Below, one piece after another: positions 38,236-48,307 of a stretch of 64,000 bases of DNA. A program made the position numbers and the translations under genes. Numbering within the stretch: position 1 is the first letter of the stretch; every line of letters starts with the position of its first letter. The stretch lies in contig JAYTHY010000094.1 of assembly GCA_043732185.1 (NCBI GenBank), positions 1 to 64,000 of the forward strand, read 5' to 3'. Source of the DNA: Fibrobacteria bacterium. GTDB taxonomy: Bacteria > Fibrobacterota > Fibrobacteria > UBA11236. Below the pieces are notes generated by a model, which saw nothing but the letters and a program-made list of their open reading frames with translations, did not search any database and was not told where the DNA came from.

Positions 38236-38916
38236 TCACGCCATCAATTTTTTCAATTCGCGGCAGGTATTGGGTATGTTACTGGACCGGAAGATGGCCG
38301 TTCCTACAACCACCACATTTACGCCGGAAGCTAGAACTTGTCCTACGTTTTTGAGTCCAATTCCACCATCCATTTGAATATCCAACGCTTTTCCTAAGAC
38401 CTTGGCTCGCGAGTGTAAAGCTTGGGCTTTTTCCAGCGCGTAAGGAATGAATTTTTGTCCGCCAAAACCAGGATTCACGGACATGATTAGGACGAGATCC
38501 AAATCCATCAGTACATGGTCGATAGTTTCGATAGGAGTGGCCGGATTCAGGCTCACTCCAACGCGCATAGCCTTTCCATCCTTGGTTTGTAGCGCCTTGA
38601 TGGTATGCACCAAGGAATCCAGATGCAAAGTGGCTTCTTGATGCACGGTAATAGAATCGGCTCCGGCCCGGGCGAAGTCCGCCACGTATTTCTCCGGATT
38701 GGATATCATGAGATGGCAATCGATGGGCAGATGACAATGGCGCCGCACCGCCTCGACAATCACGGGACCAAAGGAAAGGTTGGGCACAAAATGTCCGTCC
38801 ATGATGTCCAAATGCGCCCAATCGGCACCGCCTGCTTCAATGGCGGCGATTTGTTCCGCCAAGGTCCCGAAATCCGCGTTCAAGATGCTGGGAGCCAATT
38901 TATTTAGGGATGCCAT
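38236..38916 (-). CDS. rpe: Ribulose-phosphate 3-epimerase
   Basis: APSILNADF, HLDIMDGHFVPN, DCHLMI, MSVNPGFGGQKF, DGGI. Confidence 0.96.
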   Translation of the reverse strand: MASLNKLAPSILNADFGTLAEQIAAIEAGGADWAHLDIMDGHFVPNLSFGPVIVEAVRRHCHLPIDCHLMISNPEKYVADFARAGADSITVHQEATLHLDSLVHTIKALQTKDGKAMRVGVSLNPATPIETIDHVLMDLDLVLIMSVNPGFGGQKFIPYALEKAQALHSRAKVLGKALDIQMDGGIGLKNVGQVLASGVNVVVVGTAIFRSSNIPNTCRELKKLMA

Positions 38917-39003
38917 GATGTACCTCTGAGTCAGAAAATTAGTTTATTCCCGGGCATCCGCCTTTAGGCAAACAGCTTTCAGCCTAGCCAGACTACTTTC
39001 CGA

Positions 39004-39792
39004 TTAACGGCTGAAAAAATCAGGGGTTTTCGCGAGCACGATTTTCATTGCGTCCCGCGCCAGGCCTTCCGGTATCCCGAAGGTTACCCCAAGCACCTCT
39101 AACATTTCCGCTGGATCCAGCTTGCGCATGCCGCCGTCCGCTGACTCTCCATTTGGTTTTCGGATGAGCAAGCTGCGCTTTTGCAAATAAAACTGTGTGC
39201 CATCCTGGATACGGTTTAGGACCGGGTACTCCATCATGGGCAAATCAAAGGAGGCGTCCCAAAAGCTCAGGAACTGGTCTTCGGTTACGGCAGCGCGGCG
39301 AAAATCGAATCTAGGTTTCACATTTCCTTTGGGGCCGCTCCATAAACGCCAGACACCTAGCCCAGGTAAATCTTCAATTCGCACCTCATTGGGAGAAACC
39401 CATAGAGTGGCGGACAATCCCGCCTCCGGCAAGGGCAAGGGCTCAAACAGCATGTAACCCGGGTCCAGCAGAAAATCACGGCCTTGCGCATGAGAACGCA
39501 AGGCGCAGTGGATGTTAAGAGCCTTTCCTTTGTCGCCCATGAGAAAGTCGCAGGCAATTTTTTGTGCTTTCAGGCGCTGAGCCAACCACCATGTCAACGA
39601 GAAACAGGTTCCTCCCGTGCCCGTAGTCCGCGTTTTTTCCAACCAATCGTGTGATAAGATGCGAGATTTTTCCCGGTGGGCTCGGGCAGAAGTAGCATCC
39701 TTGGTGCCGGTTGGACGGCTTTCAGCTGCAGCAACAATCTTGCTCAAGTTTTCATAGGGAAGCGCGGACAACTCGTTTAGAGCCGCTTGCAT
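39004..39792 (-). CDS. Arylamine N-acetyltransferase family protein
   Basis: LPYENL, GGTCFS (Cys), IHCAL (His), LLDPGY (Asp) triad. Confidence 0.75.
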   Translation of the reverse strand: MQAALNELSALPYENLSKIVAAAESRPTGTKDATSARAHREKSRILSHDWLEKTRTTGTGGTCFSLTWWLAQRLKAQKIACDFLMGDKGKALNIHCALRSHAQGRDFLLDPGYMLFEPLPLPEAGLSATLWVSPNEVRIEDLPGLGVWRLWSGPKGNVKPRFDFRRAAVTEDQFLSFWDASFDLPMMEYPVLNRIQDGTQFYLQKRSLLIRKPNGESADGGMRKLDPAEMLEVLGVTFGIPEGLARDAMKIVLAKTPDFFSR

Positions 39793-39904
39793 GGGAGGCG
39801 GAAATTGGATTAGGGTTCTCCTATTTCAGCAGAACAGATGCCGTTTCAGTAAAACTCAAAATCGGTTGGATTGCAAGAATGGGAAATAAACGTACAGGTC
39901 GAAA

Positions 39905-39947
39905 AATTAGAAACCCGAACTTGCTCAGAAAGAAGGAGCAATTCGGG
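39905..39947 (-). terminator. Rho-independent terminator downstream of the PEP-CTERM gene
   Basis: Minus strand CCCGAATTGCTC-loop-GAGCAAGTTCGGG followed by TTTCTAATTTTT. Confidence 0.65.
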
Positions 39948-39971
39948 CCGAGAATGGAAGAATGAAAGGTA

Positions 39972-40823
39972 CTAGCTTAAACGCTTGCGACGGCTGATGA
40001 ATCCAACAGCGGCCAGTCCCAATCCAAGCAGCACGAAGCTTGTGGGTTCCGGAACCACTCCGCCGGTGGAAATAGTCGAACGGGTAGCCAAGCTTAAGAT
40101 GTGACCCTCTGGATCATAATCAACCACGTCCATACCACCTGTGCTGGTAAAAACGTTATGGGAAGCGTTGCCGTTCAAATCGCTATTGGTCAAGCCAAGT
40201 GAGGATCCAAAAGCTGTCACGGTATTGCCGGATTCATATTGGTTGTAAGCGGTGCTGGTTACAATAAAGGGGAGGAAACCATATTGGCCACCGTCCGGAG
40301 TAAGCCCGGCACCGTTATTGCTTTCCGCCATGGCATACAATCCGCCGCCACCGTTCAAAAAGCTAATGATATCCATGGAGCGGGCATCCAGAATATTGAG
40401 CTCTGCCTGGGTTAGCAGGCCCCCAAAATCGGATGCAATGACAATACCGCTGTACCCGCCGACTTTGCCCAAATTATCCAATGCGGCATTCAAGCCGGAA
40501 GCGTTGACTTGATCGAAGCTGCTAGCGGAATATCCACTGGCGAGAATTCCGTCCATGCCAATGGAATGTCCACCGGGTGTGGGTATGTTGGATTCGACAA
40601 AAAGAAACTTCGGCGCTGTGGACACGAACGGATTGAAAGTAGGCGACATGATATAATCGATGGCGGCATTGTTAATTGCAATTGCGCCGGGTGCGTTGCT
40701 ACCGAGCAATGCGTGAAAATCGGGATCATGCCCGGTTAAAAATATTGCACCCGCAAAGGTGGTGCTGCATGCGGCCAGCAAAACCGCTCCTGCAAAAATT
40801 CGGGTTGGTTTTAAAAAACTCAT
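39972..40823 (-). CDS. PEP-CTERM sorting domain protein (exosortase substrate)
   Basis: Signal peptide; C-terminal VPEPTSFVLLGLGLAAVGFISRRKR; GHDPDFH motif near the mature N-terminus. Confidence 0.9.
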   Translation of the reverse strand: MSFLKPTRIFAGAVLLAACSTTFAGAIFLTGHDPDFHALLGSNAPGAIAINNAAIDYIMSPTFNPFVSTAPKFLFVESNIPTPGGHSIGMDGILASGYSASSFDQVNASGLNAALDNLGKVGGYSGIVIASDFGGLLTQAELNILDARSMDIISFLNGGGGLYAMAESNNGAGLTPDGGQYGFLPFIVTSTAYNQYESGNTVTAFGSSLGLTNSDLNGNASHNVFTSTGGMDVVDYDPEGHILSLATRSTISTGGVVPEPTSFVLLGLGLAAVGFISRRKRLS

Positions 40824-40865
40824 GGTTATGCTCCACAGGAAATGTTTTAAGGGACAACGCTCCAG

Positions 40866-40881
40866 GCATTACTTGTGCCAA
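40866..40881 (-). promoter_or_regulatory. sigma54 -24/-12 promoter of the PEP-CTERM gene
   Basis: Minus strand TTGGCACAAGTAATGC, exact GG-N10-GC spacing, about 42 bp upstream of ATG. Confidence 0.75.
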
Positions 40882-41019
40882 GGTAGAGTTATTTTAGATA
40901 AATTAAAGTGTTTTTCCTATTGCATAACTACTGTATTGAACAACAATTCTAACAAGAAACTTGATCTTGGATCCCATTTCGAGTTTTGTTTCTTTATTAG
41001 TGTAAACATTTCCATCGAT

Positions 41020-41036
41020 TGTCGGAATTTTTTACA
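41020..41036. promoter_or_regulatory. Candidate enhancer-binding protein site TGT-N11-ACA
   Basis: TGTCGGAATTTTTTACA about 140 bp upstream of the sigma54 element; extra TGTAAA half-site at 41001. Confidence 0.55.
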
Positions 41037-41082
41037 ACGATAAGCCCGTATTGGGGCTGCTCTACTTGATCGGAATTCCTTG

Positions 41083-43350
41083 TCAGTGATTCAAGGTTTT
41101 AAAAGTTTTGGTGTGATGGCCTTCCGGAACGAGGTCTTTGATTTTTTTTCCGGAAATATCTCTGGAGTAAAAATCGCGAGCTTCGCGTCGCTTCAAGCGT
41201 TGGTTAACATAAGTGTTACTCCCGGCAAACCCGTAAGCGACTCCCCGACAAGTGGATCCGCCTGTGTACAAAAGATCTTTGGTGCGCATATCGCCTTCGA
41301 GAACAATGGCATATTTAAGCCGGGCAGGAAGCGTAATCAAGGACCATGTATTGCCCTCATCCATGGACTTGTAAATGCCTTCTTCTCCCGTCGCCCCCAC
41401 TTTCCCGGACAAATACACAAATGCGGAAGCCGCGTTGTTGCCTCGTCCAAAGGTAATGTTGTTTGCGTACTCCATGGTATTCAATGTTGCAAAGGTTTTT
41501 CCTCCGTCTTTGGAGACCCAGGCTTTTTGCACACTCTGCCCGCTGTTGGGCATGGCCGTCAACCACAGTTCGCCTTCGTGCAAGGGATGCGCTTTCAAAA
41601 ATAGATTGTGATAAAAAGCCGGCAACGCGCTTGAACCCGCTGTCCAATTGGCGCCGCCATCATTGCTGTAAAACATTTTTCCGTTATTGCAAAAATAAAA
41701 TCTGCTGCCATTGACTTTATCCGCTGCCAAATAGGACATCGGTCCCCAAGTGCTCATATGCCACGCCCCCGTGATTCCGTTACATGCCGACCAGGTCTTG
41801 CCCGCATCTTTGGTGAATTGCGGTTTCACGGATTCCCCATGCGGAGTCCAAACCCAGTTTTTTTCATCCGTCGCGGAGAGGACCAATTTACCGCCCTTGC
41901 CCGGCGTAGTATTGAAACCGCTCCAGGTTTGTCCGTTGTCAGTTGAATACCCGCTGTAGGCATCGGTGTTGGTTTCATCCAGTCCCAGAAAAACAATGTG
42001 GTTCGGTTTGGTTTGACAATATTCAATGGAAACGGCCATGGCCACGTATGGAAACACCGCGATTTTTTTCGTGGGAACACTGTCCCGATTCAAGTTGCGA
42101 AAGCCCACCATATCCATTACACCCGACAGCAAGTCCGCTCCACCGGGAAGGGGAGGCACGGCAAGGCAGATCACACACAGCTCTTCCAGATTATTCATCA
42201 CCGCTGTCCAGGTAGTGGTGCTGGACGCATAATTTTCGGTTTTAATCACGCCATAGCCATTGGTGCTCCACACTCTTTTCGTATTGTTCGGGTCGATGAC
42301 CAAAGCCGCCGTTCCCCAATCAAAAGAATGATCGCCGGAATTGTAATAGGCCGGAAAACCGGTAACGGTTGCGTTGATTTTGGTCCAGGTGGTGCCTTGG
42401 TTGGTGGAATAAAACATGCCGCGCTGATGGGTGGTAACAACCACGTTACCGGGGACTGCGGGGTCGACATCGATTCCGCTATAACTGATGGCGGTTCCCG
42501 ACGATGGTGTTATCGGCGTCCAGGTAGAGTTTTGATACTTCGCTACCTTACCCGGCCCTTGGTAGTCCTTTTCACTGCCGCCAAAAGTCACGTACAATAC
42601 GCCATCCCCGGCCACGGCCGCTCTCAAGCCGTTCGTGCCCCCATTGATATTGGCCCAGGTGACTCCAGCATCGGCTGATTTCCAAATCCCGCTTCCATAA
42701 CATCCGGCATACAGAATTTTTGACCTTTGGCCATTGGAGGAATTCTTATCGAATACGATAAAGGTAAATCCGGGATTGGCGGCTGTGGATGGAAGCCCTC
42801 CGCCTACCTTGGTCCAAGCGGTTGCGCCTTCCTTTTTCCACAATCCGTTTTGCCTGCTGGCGAAATAAAGTACGGATGAATTATTCGGATCCACCTGCAA
42901 CCGCTCTCCCGATGACCCTCGGAATAAATCATTGCCTGCTATATAGATGTTATTGGCGGTCATGCCCGTGGATTGCCATGTTGTTCCTTGGTCATTTGAA
43001 ACCAAGACATCGCCGGTAGTGCTCGTAACACCGCCTACGGCTGCATATACTTTTTCCGGCGCCTTTGGATCCAGCGCTATGGACTCCACCTGAAAATACC
43101 CCACTTGCGCGGCAGCGGCAAAATCAAAGAGTTGGATCCATTTTTGTTCCGCGGGATTGAATCGATAGGCGCCGCCCACATCGGTGCGGATATACATCAA
43201 GTTGGGCGCCTTGCTTATATCGGGATGGATGACCATGCCCGTGACATATCCCATGCCTTGATGATTGACGCTTTTCCAAGTGAAGGCTTGCCCAAAAACT
43301 GTCTGGCTAAGTAAGGAGAGTGCGAAATAAGCCAGCAGATGGTTTTTCAT
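41083..43350 (-). CDS. GH74-like (xyloglucanase-type) double beta-propeller
   Basis: GMGYVTG...YIRTDVGGAYR, GERLQVDPN, NNLEEL...SGVMDMVGF (both catalytic Asp positions present), many Asp-boxes; signal peptide. Confidence 0.8.
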   Translation of the reverse strand: MKNHLLAYFALSLLSQTVFGQAFTWKSVNHQGMGYVTGMVIHPDISKAPNLMYIRTDVGGAYRFNPAEQKWIQLFDFAAAAQVGYFQVESIALDPKAPEKVYAAVGGVTSTTGDVLVSNDQGTTWQSTGMTANNIYIAGNDLFRGSSGERLQVDPNNSSVLYFASRQNGLWKKEGATAWTKVGGGLPSTAANPGFTFIVFDKNSSNGQRSKILYAGCYGSGIWKSADAGVTWANINGGTNGLRAAVAGDGVLYVTFGGSEKDYQGPGKVAKYQNSTWTPITPSSGTAISYSGIDVDPAVPGNVVVTTHQRGMFYSTNQGTTWTKINATVTGFPAYYNSGDHSFDWGTAALVIDPNNTKRVWSTNGYGVIKTENYASSTTTWTAVMNNLEELCVICLAVPPLPGGADLLSGVMDMVGFRNLNRDSVPTKKIAVFPYVAMAVSIEYCQTKPNHIVFLGLDETNTDAYSGYSTDNGQTWSGFNTTPGKGGKLVLSATDEKNWVWTPHGESVKPQFTKDAGKTWSACNGITGAWHMSTWGPMSYLAADKVNGSRFYFCNNGKMFYSNDGGANWTAGSSALPAFYHNLFLKAHPLHEGELWLTAMPNSGQSVQKAWVSKDGGKTFATLNTMEYANNITFGRGNNAASAFVYLSGKVGATGEEGIYKSMDEGNTWSLITLPARLKYAIVLEGDMRTKDLLYTGGSTCRGVAYGFAGSNTYVNQRLKRREARDFYSRDISGKKIKDLVPEGHHTKTFKTLNH

Positions 43351-43357
43351 AATGCCT

Positions 43358-44470
43358 TTATTTTGCGACCGGAAAAACCCCGTACCTGGCCCGCTGCTCC
43401 AAAAACAAATCTACCAGGGTAAGCGCGGCCATGGCTTCGACAATGACAACGGCCCGCGGCAAAACGCAAGGGTCGTGGCGGCCTTTGGCCTCCAGCACAA
43501 CCTCATTGCCCTTTTTATCCACCGTCTTCTGAGGCATCGAAATGGTAGCCGTGGGCTTGAATGCAATGCGGCAAAGAATCGGTTCACCATTGGTGATGCC
43601 ACCTTGTATGCCACCCGAGCGATTGGTTTCCGTGCGGATACCGGCCGCGCCGGAGCCGGGGGTTTTATTCACGAAGGCATCATTGTGCTCGCTGCCGCGT
43701 AACCGTGTTCCCGCAAAACCGCTGCCTACTTCAAAGCCTTTGGTGGCCGGCAAGGAAAGGAAGGCACGGGCCAGTTCGGCTTCGGTGCGATGGAACACAG
43801 GCTCGCCGACTCCCTTGGGCGCATTTTTAATAACAAGCTGAATGACTCCACCGAGCGAATCTTGCGCCTTACGAGCCGCGTCGATAGCGGCGATCATTTT
43901 TTCCGCGCTGGCGCTATCCGGACAACGCACGATATTGGATTCCACAGCCTCAAAAGTTGCTAGGAGCGGATCCATTTCGGCATCGATTAGGCCGACCTGG
44001 GAAACATAGGCGAGGATTTCCGTACCGCAGGCTTCTCGCAGAATTTTACGGGCGATGGCCCCAGCCGCAACACGGCCAGCTGTTTCACGCGCTGAGGATC
44101 GGCCACCACCCCGGTGATCGCGTCGTCCATATTTTAAATCGTAGGTGTAATCGGCGTGGGAAGGTCGATACATTTCCGCCATATCGCCATAATCATGAGA
44201 GCGCTGATCGGTATTTTCAATTAGCATTCCGATCGGAGTGCCGGTGGTCAAACCTTCAAAGAGTCCGGACCAAATTTCGACCGTGTCCGCTTCTTTTCTC
44301 GGCGTTGTCAGTTTGCTTTGGCCGGGTTTGCGCCGGTCCAGCTCCGCCTGAATTTCGGATTGGCTGAGCGCCAATCCTGCGGGACATCCATCTACAACGA
44401 CTCCCAAGCCTTTGCCATGGCTTTCGCCGAAGGTGGAGATGCGGAACAGGTTGCCGAAGGAACTGGACAT
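43358..44470 (-). CDS. aroC: Chorismate synthase
   Basis: [47 protein letters not shown]. Confidence 0.97.
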   Translation of the reverse strand: MSSSFGNLFRISTFGESHGKGLGVVVDGCPAGLALSQSEIQAELDRRKPGQSKLTTPRKEADTVEIWSGLFEGLTTGTPIGMLIENTDQRSHDYGDMAEMYRPSHADYTYDLKYGRRDHRGGGRSSARETAGRVAAGAIARKILREACGTEILAYVSQVGLIDAEMDPLLATFEAVESNIVRCPDSASAEKMIAAIDAARKAQDSLGGVIQLVIKNAPKGVGEPVFHRTEAELARAFLSLPATKGFEVGSGFAGTRLRGSEHNDAFVNKTPGSGAAGIRTETNRSGGIQGGITNGEPILCRIAFKPTATISMPQKTVDKKGNEVVLEAKGRHDPCVLPRAVVIVEAMAALTLVDLFLEQRARYGVFPVAK

Positions 44471-44473
44471 GGT

Positions 44474-44839
44474 TCAGGCTTTCGCTTCCGGGTTGATACT
44501 TGCTGTGGGGTCGGTAAACAGTTTCGGATTCTGCTTATGCCGGTCCTTATCGCGGATCGTTTTCTTTTCGAGATTCTTGGCAAAGGCCTCGGTTAAATCG
44601 ATACCGGTTTGATTGGCCAGGCAAATCAGAACAAAAAGCACGTCCGCCATCTCGTCGCCCAAATCCTTGGCGAGATCGGCTTTTTTAAAACTTTGGTCAC
44701 CGTACGTGCGGGACATGATGCGGGCAACTTCGCCCACTTCTTCCATCAGGATGGCGGTATTGGTCAGTTCGCTGAAATAGCGCACCCCGATGGTTTTGAC
44801 CCAGACATCTACCTGTTCTTGGGCTTGTTTTAGCGTCAT
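44474..44839 (-). CDS. MazG-like nucleotide pyrophosphohydrolase (YpjD-like)
   Basis: RYFSELTN..LMEEVGEVAR...DEMADVLFVLICLANQTGIDL; likely start ATG 44839 (ORF track 44845). Confidence 0.9.
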   Translation of the reverse strand: MTLKQAQEQVDVWVKTIGVRYFSELTNTAILMEEVGEVARIMSRTYGDQSFKKADLAKDLGDEMADVLFVLICLANQTGIDLTEAFAKNLEKKTIRDKDRHKQNPKLFTDPTASINPEAKA

Positions 44840-44899
44840 TTCCAAAACTTAGTTCACAATCCGGCCTGTGCAAAGCCCGATTTCTACCTTAAAACCGCC

Positions 44900-46039
44900 A
44901 TGGACATCCTTATCGTCAGCCAGGATTTCCCCCCGGAACGGGGCGGCATCCAAACCTTTGTTCTCGAGTTGGCACGGGCCTTTCTGGCGCATGGGCATAA
45001 GGTTCGCGTGATCTGCCCTGGCACAAAATCAGACCCCAATCCTTTGCCCAATCTGACGGATTTGGTGCGCATTCCCGTGCACAGCTCCTGGCTTTTCCTC
45101 CCCCTCTTAGTGTTACTTCCCCGTTACCTCCGGAACCACCCTACCGTTACCACCGTGCTCTATGCACAATGGCCGGCAACCTTGTCCGAGGCCTGGCTGC
45201 CGAAATCCCGAAAGCAACACCGCAGCTACTGCATGGTGATGGGCCGCGAACTGCTGACTTCCGTACTCGGACCTTTGGCCCCTTTTTTGATGCGCCGGGC
45301 CTTCGGGAACATGGCCGCCGTCTTCCCCATCAGCGCGGAAGTGCTGCGCATGACTAAAATCCGTGCGCCTGCAGGAACACCACTTCACCTAGTGCATCCA
45401 GGTGTGGATCCCACCTATTTCAAACCCGTTGATGCAGATTTTTTGCGTGAACGGTATGCTTTAAATACAACCGCACCGCGCCCCCTTGTCATTTTAACCT
45501 TAACGCGCCTAGTAGCTCGAAAAAATGTGCGGCGGCTAATTGAAGCCATGCCGGGGGTAAAGTCGGCGGTGCCGGAAGCCCTACTCATGATTGGCGGCTC
45601 CGGTCCGGAAAAACCGGATTTGGAAAACCGGGTGCAGGAATTGGGCCTGGAAAAAACCATCCGTTTCCTAGGTCGCATTGCCGATTCGGAGATTGTGGCC
45701 CATTACTGCTTGGCTGACATTTTCGCTTTGCCGAGCTTATCCACTCAGAAGGACATTGAGGGCTTTGGCATTGTATTTCTAGAAGCCGGGGCCTGCGAGG
45801 TAGCGGTGATCGGTAGCCTTTCCGGAGGCATCCCGGATGCAGTAGAGGAAGGTGTCACGGGGCTTTTAGTGCCTGCGGAAGACACGCAAAAACTCCAGGT
45901 GGCGCTCATTGAACTGCTTAAAAACCGGGCGCGGGCGATGGCTATGGGCAAACAAGCCCGGATTCGCATTGAATCCAGTTTCACATGGACGCATATTTCG
46001 AACCGCATGTTGACATTAATGGGGCAAGCAAGCGTCTAA
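44900..46039 (+). CDS. GT4 glycosyltransferase (PimB-like)
   Basis: DFPPERGGIQ, RLVARKN, EGFGIVFLEAGAC, SGGIPDAV. Confidence 0.9.
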   Translation: MDILIVSQDFPPERGGIQTFVLELARAFLAHGHKVRVICPGTKSDPNPLPNLTDLVRIPVHSSWLFLPLLVLLPRYLRNHPTVTTVLYAQWPATLSEAWLPKSRKQHRSYCMVMGRELLTSVLGPLAPFLMRRAFGNMAAVFPISAEVLRMTKIRAPAGTPLHLVHPGVDPTYFKPVDADFLRERYALNTTAPRPLVILTLTRLVARKNVRRLIEAMPGVKSAVPEALLMIGGSGPEKPDLENRVQELGLEKTIRFLGRIADSEIVAHYCLADIFALPSLSTQKDIEGFGIVFLEAGACEVAVIGSLSGGIPDAVEEGVTGLLVPAEDTQKLQVALIELLKNRARAMAMGKQARIRIESSFTWTHISNRMLTLMGQASV

Positions 46040-46058
46040 CCAGCCCGGAGTTATCTTT

Positions 46059-46655
46059 TTGAGCAGCAGCAAACTTATGGAAAAAAATTTGGAAGACATA
46101 AAACCTACTGTTCTGTTGACCTTGTCGCGTAGACTCATTGCCTTGGACATGGCCTGCCTTCGCGTGCTGGGCTCCTTAACCCTGCCCAAATTCGTTACTC
46201 TGCCATTAATACTCCTCGTTCGGATCGGGGATGGTTGGATTTGGTTTTTCATCGCCTTCTACCTTTGGAAATCGCTTCCCATGATGCAGCTTCAATCCGC
46301 CATTTTCCATGGACTGGTTGCCATCGCCGTCAGTCTGGCCATTTATTGGCCCATCAAACTTTTGGTGAAACGGACACGACCCCACAATACCGGTCTTGGA
46401 ATCGTACCCATGGTCCCACCGCTCGACAAATACTCCTTCCCTTCCGGCCATACGATGAATAATATGGCTGTAGCCCTTACCATTTCCATTTATTTGCCAC
46501 ATATTCTTATCCCGGCCTTGCTATTGCCGATTTTTATGGGGCTTTTGCGCGTACTTTTCGGTGTGCATTATTTGAGCGATATTACGGGAGGAGCCATTTT
46601 GGGTGCCGGCAGCTATTTTTTGGCCAAGCTGATTTTCCCTCTCCTTCACTTTTAG
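46059..46655 (+). CDS. PAP2 family phosphatase
   Basis: KLLVKRTRP, SFPSGH, RVLFGVHYLSD. Confidence 0.9.
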   Translation: MSSSKLMEKNLEDIKPTVLLTLSRRLIALDMACLRVLGSLTLPKFVTLPLILLVRIGDGWIWFFIAFYLWKSLPMMQLQSAIFHGLVAIAVSLAIYWPIKLLVKRTRPHNTGLGIVPMVPPLDKYSFPSGHTMNNMAVALTISIYLPHILIPALLLPIFMGLLRVLFGVHYLSDITGGAILGAGSYFLAKLIFPLLHF

Positions 46656-46783
46656 GTGCTTTTCCATTTCAAAGTGTTAAAATATCTTGCTACCACTCAC
46701 TTTAGCAGCGAAAGGCTTCGCGTGGATTTTTACCAGGCAATGAGTTATCTTGGTCCACCCAAGCCTCCTAAAAAAGTGCGCGC

Positions 46784-48307
46784 ATGATTCTTTTGCTTAA
46801 ATTGAAATTTTTCCGTTTCGGTTCCGTTCTGTTTTTTTTGCTTTTTCCAATAACGTACTGCCTTGCCGTGAAACCCATTGACACAACTCAAACGATTCCC
46901 GATTCAGTGGCCGTCTCTGCCAGTCCTGAAACAGATTCGATCATTGCCGATCCACTTGACGAAGATTCCGTGGAGTCCCCATTGGATACAGTGTCAAAGG
47001 GCAAAACCATTTTAGAATATACGGCCCATCCCGTGCTACAGGCTGTCACTTGGCCACTTGAGAATATCATAGCTCCAAGTGTCAAACTTCTGCTCTTTCC
47101 TACCAAAGCGCCACTGCGGTATTTCCTAAATGAAAACGTGATCGACAGAACCATCCGTCTGATCAGTTTTGGTGAAAACGATAAAATAATGCTGTACCCA
47201 ACTTTGAATCTCGCTCCCGGGACAGGGTCCTACACGGGGCTCACCTTAAGACACCAGGCTTTGTTTGGTCGGCCCACTGAAAAAATGGTTGCGCGTGGAA
47301 ACGTTTACGTAAATGGCGATTGGAAATTCCGATCCTATATCACCGCGAGTGAGCTACTGGGCACGCACATCTCATCAAAAGCCGCCTTTCAACTGACCCG
47401 TGTCAAGAACACTTCGGTGAATCAACCCGGCACGCCAATTTTTTGGAAATTTGCGGATTCCTCAAATGTATTCTCATTCTCCCTCTCCCACATGCTGGTG
47501 GAAAAGTTAGGTGCGAAAAGCACCTTCGTATTTCGAGACAATCACTTCGGCAAAGCGCCTCCCCAAGAGGACACCTTGAGAAGCGAATTCTTCCGCAACG
47601 AAAAAGGGGTATTCGACCCTCAAATGCGTGGCCTGGACAATAATTGGCAGGATCGAACTTTGAACATAGGTCTCTTTCGTGACAGCCGCATCAATGAAAA
47701 CATCCCGCTATCCGGAAATAATTTTGATGCGGCCTATGAATACCATTTCACCACCGAGCATCATGATTATCAAAATTGGTCTGGCAATTGGACTAGCTAC
47801 TACAAACTAGGCAAGGAAAAATATGAGATTTCTTCAGAGGAAGAACGCAAGTCCGGTTCGCTTAGCATGCGCAAAGTATTACAGAAAATGGAATATGATA
47901 AACTAAGGCGCGAACTGTTCAACAGAAAGGTACTGGCAGTGCATACCTTTGTGGGCCAATCCTTTGAAGTTCCCGGTAACCACATGCCAGTCTATGGATT
48001 GCAAACGCTTGGCAACGACACACCCATGCGCGGTTACGCCGGCAGTCGTTTCCGTCACTATTCCGTCGCCTCCTGGGGAGCCGAATATCGCTTTCCGATT
48101 ATGCGCCTTGTTGATGGGGTCGTCTTTGACGAGTATGGTGTTTACGGAAGGACGTGGGACAAAATCGATTTTCTGGACAATGTCAAAAACTCATGGGGCT
48201 TTGGTATTCGTGTCCGCCGTCCGGACATTTATCTTTTCCGCGCGCAACTCGGCTTTCATGGACTGCACGGTATCCAGCTCAATATGTCCGTGGATGAACC
48301 GTATTAA
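46784..48307 (+). CDS. Omp85/BamA-TamA superfamily barrel protein without evident POTRA domains
   Basis: Signal peptide; LGNDTPMRGY (lid-lock-type RGY) RF; AEYRFP; SWGFGIR. Confidence 0.7.
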   Translation: MILLLKLKFFRFGSVLFFLLFPITYCLAVKPIDTTQTIPDSVAVSASPETDSIIADPLDEDSVESPLDTVSKGKTILEYTAHPVLQAVTWPLENIIAPSVKLLLFPTKAPLRYFLNENVIDRTIRLISFGENDKIMLYPTLNLAPGTGSYTGLTLRHQALFGRPTEKMVARGNVYVNGDWKFRSYITASELLGTHISSKAAFQLTRVKNTSVNQPGTPIFWKFADSSNVFSFSLSHMLVEKLGAKSTFVFRDNHFGKAPPQEDTLRSEFFRNEKGVFDPQMRGLDNNWQDRTLNIGLFRDSRINENIPLSGNNFDAAYEYHFTTEHHDYQNWSGNWTSYYKLGKEKYEISSEEERKSGSLSMRKVLQKMEYDKLRRELFNRKVLAVHTFVGQSFEVPGNHMPVYGLQTLGNDTPMRGYAGSRFRHYSVASWGAEYRFPIMRLVDGVVFDEYGVYGRTWDKIDFLDNVKNSWGFGIRVRRPDIYLFRAQLGFHGLHGIQLNMSVDEPY

